A stretch of DNA of 41,727 bases, from contig JAUCBJ010002111.1 of NCBI GenBank assembly GCA_032718475.1, positions 1 to 41,727 of the forward strand, in the 5' to 3' direction. Positions 13,106 to 22,897 of this stretch are shown here, piece by piece (within the stretch, counting starts at the first letter, position 1; each line of letters opens with the position of its first letter). A program made the position numbers and the translations under genes. The notes below the pieces were generated by a model. It worked only from the letters and a program-made list of their open reading frames with translations, did no database searches and was not told the origin of the DNA. This DNA is from Nemertoderma westbladi (taxonomy: Eukaryota; Animalia; Xenacoelomorpha).

Positions 13106-13451
13106 TCACATCCCACTGTAAGGAACTAATAACTGTAAATAAGTTGATGATGTATTCCCCTTCAACGCCTTCCATGTTACCCTGTTGTGAGTTTCTAAAT
13201 TCCTCATAACTTCAACAAACATACTATGAGAAAGTTCCCCTTCTTTGCCGTTCTTCCAACTTCTGGTTGAGGTATCGAATACCATCGCCGACGACCAGTT
13301 CAACATAAACATTGTTAAAATCTTCGCTAGCGATTCCGATTTACTGCAAGTCACTGCCAATTGGTCCAAGTAAACTCCTTTCTGGATGAAACTCGTCATC
13401 GCTGATTCAATATTAGGAGGGTTGGGATTCATCGATTGATGTATAATAAAT
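13106..13451 (-). CDS. FANCF: FANCF C-terminal part (putative exon 2; acceptor position uncertain, ORF open from 13504)
   Basis: LNWSSAMVFDTSTRSWKNGKEGELSHSMFVEVMRNL resembles the FANCF C-terminal W-x4-(Y/F)D-x5-W segment. A phase-compatible acceptor tttggatAG|A lies at 13452. Confidence 0.65.
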
Positions 13452-13492
13452 CTATCCAAAGCTACGCCCGGTTCTACATTGTATTGGTGGGA

Positions 13493-14033
13493 GAGCTTAA
13501 TCAATTACTTTTATAGCAATCGGTGTTCCATCCAGCATGTAGATTAGACATTTATCAGCCTGCGGGGGGGGGGGGGGGGGGGGACTTTCGACACAATAAA
13601 AACTCCTCCATCTCCCGGAGAAATTCAAATAACAGCTGATTACTCCCAAAAATAAAATGAAGTTATATTGAGTTTCGTTTATTGTTTTGGTTCGAATCAA
13701 GTGCCACACCAGACTGTTACCTGTTCCATTCCCTAAATTAAGAATTTAACATTGATGCGAGATATTGATTCGCCAAGATGGGATTTGCGTCCAGTCCCCA
13801 TCCCCACCCCTATCTCCCAAGCACATAGCCACATGGCCGCTTTCACACTATAAGCCACTATAGCATTTTTAATGCACGCTGCATTGGAGGTTGGAGCATG
13901 TATAGATCAAAAATAGTACAATTTTTAGTATTCTAGAATATCTTTGTAGTGTAGGCCAGAGTAGTTAAAATAATTTTGTTAAAAATAACGCCCTTATTGT
14001 ATATTTTATATTAACAAGTATTTGATTAAGCTC
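13493..14033. mobile_element. 541-bp TIR-bounded non-autonomous element interrupting FANCF
   Basis: GAGCTTAATCAATTACTT (from 13493) and AAGTATTTGATTAAGCTC (to 14033) form an 18-bp TIR with one mismatch. Internal sequence 13675-13760 is homologous to 19857-19941 and 21487-21547. No clear TSD. Confidence 0.65.
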
Positions 14034-14038
14034 GTTAC

Positions 14039-14721
14039 TGCTTCCCTGAATGTGGCAACTCCAATGAAGAAGCAACCTCGATAATTGATAAATAAAGACG
14101 AAATTCAATAACATTTGACTGTAGGAGGCGGTTGGCTAGTCCACGACCTTGCTCTATTTTTCCTTCTCTCATACAAAATAACATTTTATTGCAAAATATA
14201 GCTGCAGCTTGTTCCTGTTGAATCTTCTCTTTATCAACTGAATATCGTTTTCTGATATCTTTCCCCTTATCAATTTTGTGTAATTCATTAATTGTCTTGT
14301 CTATTTCGTGTCGAACATATTTATCAACATCTTTGGTTAATGAGATTATAGAGGCGAAGTCGGGAATATTGGTGGTTGTTGTTCCTGCAGGGTCATCATG
14401 GTCACATCTCAGTCGTAAAGGTAGGTTATAGTTCGCAGAAATTGTTTTTTCTAATACAGCGGTTGCGTTCTTTAGAATTTCGAATATTGGTTTAGCATAT
14501 AGAGATGTTATCATCTGACAATTATTATGCTTATTAAGCATATCCACAATCTGTTTCTGTAAAGTCGGTTTGGTGTTCACCTTCTTGGCTGATTCTTGGC
14601 AATATTCGGCCCATTTAGCTGCTTGATCTAAAGATTCTTTATTCCAATGTTTCACATCTTCTGTTCCAGAAAGAATTAGGATATTAATAAAACAATTAAT
14701 GTTTTTAATAACCTCTTCCAT
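14039..14721 (-). CDS. FANCF: Fanconi anemia group F protein, N-terminal part (exon 1)
   Basis: ATG at 14721 gives MEEVIKNINCFINILILSGTEDVKHWNKESLDQAAKWAEYCQ, which follows the FANCF N-terminal pattern (ME..L..L..F..LL..S....V..W.......A..WA.Y). A possible donor CA|gtaacg overlaps the in-frame TAA. Confidence 0.8.
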
Positions 14722-15162
14722 TTGTATTACTGCCGCAGGCCTTATTAAGAAATACACCTTTCTGTGTCTGACTATCTGTTTTCTAGGTCTTTAGAGCTAA
14801 ATCGAACTATTATACAACAGCAACAGGTACCCCGGTACATCAAAGGTGCTGATAATGTGAAAAAAATACTGATTTTAAAAATAACACGAAGACCTGGACA
14901 TAATGGATAACATAAATTTTTTAAGAACGAGAAAATCACCCCTTTGGGTTACTTTAATGGTAAAATAATACTACAATTACAAAATTTAAATTAAGCACAG
15001 TGTTGATGTTGAACATAAATTTATAATAAAACTAATAAATTAATGGGAAAGAGTAAAATTTATACCATAAACGGCGGTGGGATGGTGGTCTATTGCGAAT
15101 CAATAATTATATTCAGGAATAATAAGCGAATACCACAGTAGCCTAAGGGCAACAATATCCCG

Positions 15163-16413
15163 TCAACCCAGTAATTGCTTAATTTTGTATCTCAAACAAT
15201 CAAATTGGCCGGGAGTCAATCGAACGTTACCTAGCAACGACATCACTTTATCTTCAGTGACGTCATTAAATGTTGATTCATCTTTGAGGGTAAAATGGCC
15301 CGATAGCTCGCAGCAGGCAGCGTAGAACAAGGGTGTGTCCTTGGTCTTTACGTTGTAATCAGGTTGGCGGGGCCAAATATACACTCGCGGAATTAAACGC
15401 TGCTGATTGGCTAGTAACCCGAGGTCATTACTTCCTTTAGGCAGACCTGTTCCCATGGTAATGTCGTCATGCTCTGATTGGTTATCTGATGTGTCTTTCA
15501 TTGGCTGGTTTCCACGTGTTATATATAGGTTGTAAGGCATCTGCTGTTCATGTAAGTATTCTGTGATGTTAAATATTGTTGTGACGAAACCGCCAAGATC
15601 AACTCCATCTAGTAAATAACAAATGAATCCTGGAACCATCCAATTAGTAATAGTATGGACCGCTAGGTGGTGTGTCTCATATAGAGGGGTTGATGTCCAG
15701 GTTTCTAAGGCAAGATCGGCCCCGTTACTAAGGTAATATATATGGAAGTGAAGATGATTGACAGATGCCAAAGCCCATAAACTGTTCCAACCGAGTTTTA
15801 TAGATTTTGAGCGGCTTAATAAAATAATATTAAGCGCCAACTGAAGACCGTGTGACGTCATTCGCTGAGGTAATTTGTCCAAATATTTTGGAACTAAAAT
15901 GGAGTGGCCAAACTCTAAAGGGCTGACATTGACAACCACCAGGGAATCAGAAGCGAGAGTGTTGGCTTCATCAGCAGTTGTAACTGGAGGGGATGTGGAA
16001 GCCCCTACGCAATTTGTTGTCTTGGTGACTGGATTCGGTGTGATCTTAAGTTCCGAGTCATTTGTTAGATCTTTTAAACTAAATAATATCTCCTCCTGTG
16101 AAATCTTTGTGAAATTAAACACGTCCTCTGAGTATTCCTGGTCCATCGATGCGATCGACTGTGGTGCTCGTCTAGATGTAAATCGGGAAGGGTTTAGAGA
16201 AACAACCAGACCAAACTCTCCTGGGAGTACGCGAGACCTTAGATTCATTGGTAACTCGTAACGCATCACTCCCGGGCGAGATGCCTTGGAAACCCATTGT
16301 TTACGGAGCAAATCATCAAACCAACTGAAACTCTCCTGTTCCGGGTTAATTCCAAAATTAAAATCATTTTGGGAATAATTTATTTCATTGGGTTTTTCAG
16401 TGCTCGGCGTCAT
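15163..16413 (-). CDS. GDPGP1: GDP-D-glucose phosphorylase 1 (VTC2-related HIT-like phosphorylase), single coding exon, 416 aa
   Basis: LNPSRFTSRR, FNFTKI, VVNVSPLEFGHSILVP, GWNSLWALASVNHLHFH (catalytic HxHxH), PYNLYITRG, RVYIWPR, AACCELSGH. Confidence 0.93.
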   Translation of the reverse strand: MTPSTEKPNEINYSQNDFNFGINPEQESFSWFDDLLRKQWVSKASRPGVMRYELPMNLRSRVLPGEFGLVVSLNPSRFTSRRAPQSIASMDQEYSEDVFNFTKISQEEILFSLKDLTNDSELKITPNPVTKTTNCVGASTSPPVTTADEANTLASDSLVVVNVSPLEFGHSILVPKYLDKLPQRMTSHGLQLALNIILLSRSKSIKLGWNSLWALASVNHLHFHIYYLSNGADLALETWTSTPLYETHHLAVHTITNWMVPGFICYLLDGVDLGGFVTTIFNITEYLHEQQMPYNLYITRGNQPMKDTSDNQSEHDDITMGTGLPKGSNDLGLLANQQRLIPRVYIWPRQPDYNVKTKDTPLFYAACCELSGHFTLKDESTFNDVTEDKVMSLLGNVRLTPGQFDCLRYKIKQLLG

Positions 16414-16737
16414 TGTCTATGTCTACATAGACGATATATGTATTTCTTCGCAGTTGACTGTCGCGTTTGCAGTGCTCACGAAACGTGTCAGGCCTATAAG
16501 CCTATCTATTATCATCAGTTGTTATGGTACCGGTACCTACTAAGAAAGTCTGCCATCTAAGTCGATGATTGTGGTTCGAATGACCTGGGCTGGGCTGGGG
16601 GTGCCGGTTCCCGGTACCCCAATTAATTTTCAAAAGTTTGATTTTTGGGGATTGGAACTGACTGACTGAGGGACACCCTACTGGCTACTCTACTGCCCTA
16701 TTCCATATTCAATAGCACATGAAACTCGGGGCCCGCC

Positions 16738-17638
16738 CCAGGTTGGAATTCATGCTGCAAAACTCGGACGCGTACCTGCGCGAATGACCGCAAACCAGAT
16801 GCGCGTTGCGCGTTTGGGTGAGACAGGTGCGCGTTCGGGTGTGAGACAGGTGCGCGTTGCGCCTCAGCGCGCAGCTCTGCCTCTGATGCGCACCACAAAT
16901 TAATTGAAATCACGAAAATACACAAAAAAATTTCGCTCGCTGCGCTCGCATTAGTTTCTCATTTACAATTCTTCAAACAGTCAAATCACTTCACCATAAT
17001 ACTGTAATACCGGCAACCGGAGCTGAATTTGTCTATTTATTTTAACTACAGTGCTCTATTGTTGTATTGTTATTAGGTCTATGCTATGCCGATGTTACGT
17101 TAGTAAACAGGTAAAGTCAGAAAGTAACAATGTATTATAAGTATGACTTAATTATAAGCCAACTGTATGTTTAAGCCTAATTGTTAGGTAGGCCTATACA
17201 AAGTATTATTGGCAGACTGGTACCTATTTCAATATTCGTTTTTTTGAAATTACCGGTACATGTTTTGTTGTAATCTAAAATAATATTTTCTGTTATAAAA
17301 GCAGTGAGCCCGATGGGCCACCATAGTAGTGGATTAAAAAAATATTTTTTAATATTAACAATTTTGATGTTGCAAAAATTACATTTATTATGTAAGCCTA
17401 GATTCAACGTACAGACAGACAGACGTAAAGATAAGCTTAAAACGCTCAAACTTGTAAAATAGGAATGTAAAATTGTTCTTATGAACTGTGCGATTTTTTG
17501 AGATATGCATGACATGAGCTGCGCGATTTTGTTTGGATTATGACATATGATGAGGTGCGCGACGAGCCAATTCCAGGTGCGCGGTGATTTCAAAACAACA
17601 AAGCGTACCTGCGCGCTCATGCATGAATTCCAACCTGG
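16738..17638. mobile_element. 901-bp non-autonomous DNA transposon with perfect 18-bp TIRs and TSD (hAT-like; superfamily uncertain)
   Basis: GGCCCGCC|CCAGGTTGGAATTCATGC ... GCATGAATTCCAACCTGG|GGCCCGCC, an 8-bp TSD (also readable as 10 bp with CAGG termini). Subterminal (a/g)gtgcgcg repeats occur at both ends. Confidence 0.85.
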
Positions 17639-18739
17639 GGCCCGCCCATACTGCCATAGGCATACTGCCACCAGAACGAGAACACCGGCCCGCCAAATTG
17701 AAGTAGGCCTAGGCCTACAAATACACAGAGAAGACTAGCTTAGCTTACGGGTATGGGGTGGGTTATACCGGTATTACATGCGATGGATGCCGATGGAAAT
17801 AGATGAGTTTCCTGTAGCTATGCAAGATGCACCTTACACTTACTGGTTACTGCAGTACTGGGTACAGATCAGAGTGTAGGCCTATTCGGACTGTCAGACG
17901 GACAGTACAGCTCAACCAAACAGCACTCCTGCCTCCTGCCCAATGTCAACCCTCTACTAAATATTATTGTGTATCTACCTGTGTTTCTGTGAAATCTAAG
18001 CCCAAATCTAAACCAGTCGCCGACATTATCCAGTTATCATATTTCTGAAGCCCTCTGGCTCGGCGCCCCATTGTCAGATTGTAAACAACCAAACACTACG
18101 GTCTGGCAGTATAGCAGTGATATCAGTACCGGTATTGTAAGCCCAAAGCCCGTACTCAGACACTGTATTGATTTAATGATAATAGGACATAAGGAAGCTA
18201 TTTCTTATAAAGCCCGTACACGTAGGCCTACAGCCGTACACACTATAAATACAATTAACATTAACATAATTATGTACACTGGATATGTACGAAATCGTAA
18301 TGTATTGTCCAATGTAGTTAATAATATATCCCCCTGTCCCTGACATGTCCCTGTCGAAATTGCCCCCCTGTGAACCCCCCCTCCTGACATGATCGCCTAG
18401 TCTGTAGTAGTGCCCCCACGGGCAAAATCGCCTTAGGGGAATCTGCCCCCTTCCACGCCATATGCCCAACCGCAAATCTGCCCACCGCAATATTGCTTTC
18501 CGCAAATCAAATTTCCCGCTCAAATTGTTTGCAAAAATGATTGACATAAATAATGTTGTTAATCTATTAGTCGGTTCTTTCAATGAAAAATGCCTATGAT
18601 TTATTTGCGAGTGGTAAATTGTCTAATAAGGCTAAATATAATGTGATTGGCAGTCATGTTATTAGCGGCAATGCAAGTATAATGTAATCATCACATGTGG
18701 GGGGGGGGGGGGGGGGGGTGCTCACGCTCAGGGGGTATA

Positions 18740-18980
18740 ATTTTGCTGAAACGCAACCTTTTGCCGTAACGCAACTTTTTTGCCGAATCGCGACTGTTGC
18801 CGAAAAGTAACTTTTTGCCGAAACGCAACTTTTTTGCTGAATCGCACCTTTTTGCCGAAACGCGACTTTTTTTTGCCGAAACGCATCTTTTTTGCCGAAA
18901 CGCGACTTTTTTTGCCGAAACGCATCTTTTTTGCCGAAACGCATCTTTTTTGCCGAAACGCATATTTTTTGCCGAAACGC
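18740..18980. repeat. Tandem array of ~12 copies of a 19-21-bp unit ttttgccgaaacgc(a/g)(t/a)c, probably subterminal repeats of a transposon relic
   Basis: Direct inspection. The array explains the overlapping repetitive ORFs at 18654-19096. Confidence 0.85.
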
Positions 18981-19581
18981 GACGACACCATTACTGTTGT
19001 CATCATGACTCATCGTCCCTGACCTGGCGCAAGGAATGTACCATCCACAATTTACACGAGAAATTCTGCTGGCCCTTTGGTACGGTGTTGCTTTGACGCC
19101 ATTTCCCTGTTTTTTATTTCTATCGTGTGTTAAAATTTACTTTACTTTTGATTTAATATTTGATATTTAAATTGATACTTCCTAACTTCATATTCCTGGT
19201 ATGAGTCTCTCTATTATGAAAGAAAGACACATCATCCAATCTGTCCCTCTCTATCCATGATTACTACACGGGCGGGTGTTTAATCTTTATTTGCACTGAT
19301 TAAAGTGAGGAAGTGGTGGTGGACTAAAAAATTTGACTAAACAACAAAGGCAACATAAAGGGGGGGGGGGGGGGACTGGACGAAATAACAATTCATCCCT
19401 TAAAAAGAGCTTTCGAATGATATATGTTTATAGGTTTTGAAAGAAAACATTTTTGACGAAAATCCCATCTTACGTTTGGCCATACTTTTAGTGATTTTGA
19501 ACCTAATATACGTAATATTTGTAGGGCCCCAAAAATACAATTTCCTTATTATGGATTTATCATTTTCATTTGTAATTTCAG

Positions 19582-19799
19582 TTGGAAGTCCGACGGCTTG
19601 ATGAAATAAAAGAGGTAGAAGATAAGCGTAGAAGCGAGGAGGCCAAGGAGAGACAGGAAGTTGTCGAGAAGAAACAGTTAGAGAGGCTAAAGGCCGACCA
19701 ACAGGCCATGATAGAGGAACAGGAAGCTATACTCAACCGGTTCGGGGAACATAAAGGGGAACCGAAATCCAAACCGTCGGAACGAAATGATAACCGAGG
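19582..19799 (+). CDS. STAMBP: STAMBP exon 3 (charged coiled-coil linker)
   Basis: aatttcag| acceptor, phase 0; E/K/R/Q-rich helix; donor GG|gttcgt, phase 2, compatible with exon 4. Confidence 0.85.
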
Positions 19800-20385
19800 G
19801 TTCGTGCGCATAGTTCTTATTGTTAATGTATTTGTAAGAATCGAGACAGGGGGGACTCGTCTCAATGCTAAATCAATTTAGGGAAAGGAGCAGGTTACAG
19901 TGACACGTTCACGTTATTCTATTAAAAACAATAAACTAAACATTAGGAACAGCTTTGAGTTTTATTTTTGTTAATTTCCCCCTGGAGAGGGATCCCCCCA
20001 CTATCTGCAAGAATCTATTAGGAAAACCATTTGTTTCTCAACTTTGGTGTAAGGCGCCCTTTGCACAAAAGATTAGCCGATTCGTAACTATCAGTAACGA
20101 CTTATTAATAGATATTACAAGTCCAATCTGGTACAAGGTTACTGTATCTGTTTTGTCTACTACTATGACGTATGCAATTTCATAAGATTTATTTTGGCAG
20201 TTACTTAATAATAACTATTTCTAAACATAATTTATTCGGAATAAAATGTATCTGTTATGGTTAGGGATTGTGTCTGGAAGATTATAATATTGTCATACAA
20301 TTCGTATTTACAACATATCTTATATAGAGTCCGTTTTGTTGAAAACCAAATTTGATAAAATTATATATATTTATATGTCTTGTAG

Positions 20386-20995
20386 GACTGCCGACGCCCC
20401 CATTCCTCCTCCAATGACGGCACACTTTACTGCCGGGTTCACCAGGACTAGCCATAAGTACGGCTGGCGGACGGTGTCTGTGCCGGGATGTCTGAGCGAG
20501 CAGTTCGAGTCCCTGTCCGCCGCCAACACGGCACGCAACGTGGAGACCTGCGGGATCCTGTGCGGACGCATCCAGAGCGACGAGTTCCTAATTACCGACG
20601 TCATCATCCCCAAACAGACGGCCACTCCGGACTCGTGTACCACCTCCAACGAAGAGGAACTGTTCTCCGTGCAAGAGGAACGCTCGCTACTCACTCTAGG
20701 ATGGATCCACACTCACCCCACGCAGACGGCGTTCCTCTCCTCGGTGGACCTGCACACCCAGGCCTCCTACCAACTCATGCTGCCCGAATCCATCGCGATC
20801 GTGGTTGCCGTGCGACACCGCCACACCGCTACCTTCTCGCTGACCCCCCGACACGGACTCGGGTTTATTTCGGGTTGTAAACAACCCGGATTCCATCCGC
20901 ACCCCAAGGAACCGCCCCTCTTCGAGGAGGCAACTCACGTTCGGATGGATTCCGCGGCTACTATAAACATTATCGACCTGCGACAGGTCAACTAG
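20386..20995 (+). CDS. STAMBP: STAMBP exon 4 (MPN+/JAMM metalloprotease domain); the four exons total 1260 nt, 419 aa
   Basis: tcttgtag| acceptor; NTARNVETCGILCG, GWIHTHPTQTAFLSSVDLHTQ (JAMM HxH-x7-S-x2-D), CKQPGFHPH structural Zn site, IIDLR near the end. Confidence 0.97.
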
Positions 20996-22289
20996 AAACT
21001 AAATAGATCGGCAGTTTAATATTCCACCATTATCCATTAATTTATTGTGCTATAATGACTTCTAGAACATAGTGTTTATTGCGAATTAAACATTTTGTAT
21101 TTTAGTATTTTTACCAATAACACCAATAACTTTATTTTACTTTTACCTCAACAATCGTTTCGTAATGTTTCGTAACCATTTTGGAAGAAAACAACGCCAC
21201 ACTCAGATCAACCCGCGATAAATTTGCAACTTTCCACAGATAAGTTATTACCTTCCGACTTTTAGCAATCTAGTACATTATAAGTACTAGGAGTGCTAGG
21301 TAGGATTGTACCGAAGATACATGAACGGTAATCCTTTAGAGGTTCATTACGACTTGGCGTATGTATTTTATTTTAAAATAGGGTTATTGTACGACTAAAG
21401 AGGTATTGTATTTATAGAAGTGGTAAAGTAGTAAAGTTTATCAAGAAGTGGTAAATATATTTTAGTATTTGAGACGGAGGGGGGAGATTACAGTGGCACG
21501 TTATTCTAACCAAAGTAATAAACAAGTGTCAATGGAACAGGTTACAGTTTTATCTTTAATCAACTTTTATTTGAGTCGACTTTCACGTGGAGGGGGGTGA
21601 ATTTCGATTGCGTCGACTGTCCGGTCCCCTAATCTAAAAGTTTTAGAAACACCAAATTATTAGTAACATATATAAGTAAATAATAAGTGTGCTTTACAAA
21701 ACCTGTACTAAAAAGTACAGTGAAGTAAAATAAAATTTCTTCGATCGTTACAACGCCAGGGATTACAATTTTCAACTAATAATAATATATTTATATGCCT
21801 TTCTGTACTTATTTCAAGGCGCTAAACTCTGGCGTTACCACGTTTTAACCACGACGCCAAAGTGTGGGGGGGGGGGGGGGGGGGTCTTAGCTTTTACTAT
21901 TCTAATTTCAATTAACGTGCTTTATAAAGTTGACGGGGTAATAGTGGGCTATGGGATAGGTTTCGGTCTTCTCAACTTCCACGAAAAATACATTATGATG
22001 TTCTACATATTAATATTTAAAATTTACAGTAAACACTAAAACAAGAAGTTTCCTCTCCGTGAATAAATGCTATGTTCCTGCTATGTCATTATTATCTTTA
22101 TAGCTAAATATTTTAGTATCCGTGGTCTTTCCCATTTATGTATGTTTTATGATCCCCATAGCTCTTAAGCCTACAAATAAATCTAATGTATTATTTCTAT
22201 ATTTATTTATAGTTATTAACTTTACCCATTTCATAGATTTTTAATACAAATAATAACAAATATCACACATTTAATTTAACTGAATAAAC

Positions 22290-22817
22290 ATTTTAGACTT
22301 CCTTGTTGGGCGGATCCAAGTTGGATGTCCTTATTTCTCACACGTGTTTGTGTGTTTGTTTGTGTGTTGGTTTGTTTGTTTGTTTGTACACACAACTTCT
22401 TGCACTTATTGGATGAAACTTTGATTATAGGTTCATTATCGGACCTAGTTGTGGTGCATGAAAGGTTTTGGTAGTGAGGGACCTGTTGGTTGCCTAGCAA
22501 CAGTGAAATTAATTCTAGACTGACCGATTAAAATCGTAGAATTCACTCAATCAAAATTCTGTCAACACCCTAGAGGGAGCATCTATTGGACATGCTTTCT
22601 ACGAAATTTAGTTTTATTTCGTTTAGAATTATAGGAGAAGATACATTTCTTACAAACATTTTTTTTAACATACAACATATATACTACTATTGTGTACTTC
22701 GCCCAATGTTGCGTTTTTCGTTATTACGCTGCTCTACATAGGCGCGTAATTTATTGCAACAATATTGATAGCAATGGATCCGTCCATTATTGCCAGCTCT
22801 CGTAGGCTAGCTTGTTT
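22290..22817 (+). mobile_element. Helentron-associated (HINE/DINE-1-like) non-autonomous element
   Basis: Subterminal inverted repeats GGGCGGATCCA (22308) and TGGATCCGTCC (22775), a (TGTT)n microsatellite after the 5' repeat, and a short 3' hairpin gccagc..gctagc followed by ttgttt. Confidence 0.65.
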
Positions 22818-22897
22818 CTATAAAAAATCACCCGATGCAAGTAATTAATTGTTCGCGGTGTATTTAAGTATAAAACGATTTATTTAGTATGTAGCTG

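Noticed and set aside
15740-15760. HLHFH rather than the plant VTC2 HLHFQ motif as a possible novel catalytic variant
   Set aside because: HxHxH is the normal form in animal GDPGP1.
15875-16261. Antisense ORF overlapping GDPGP1 (similarly 20371-20712, 20488-20880, 26786-27187, 39922-40152)
   Set aside because: Shadow ORFs of real coding sequence with no recognisable motifs.
18740-18980. Regular short repeats superficially like a CRISPR array, and repetitive ORFs in several frames
   Set aside because: No unique spacers, no cas genes and a eukaryotic context; it is a simple tandem array.
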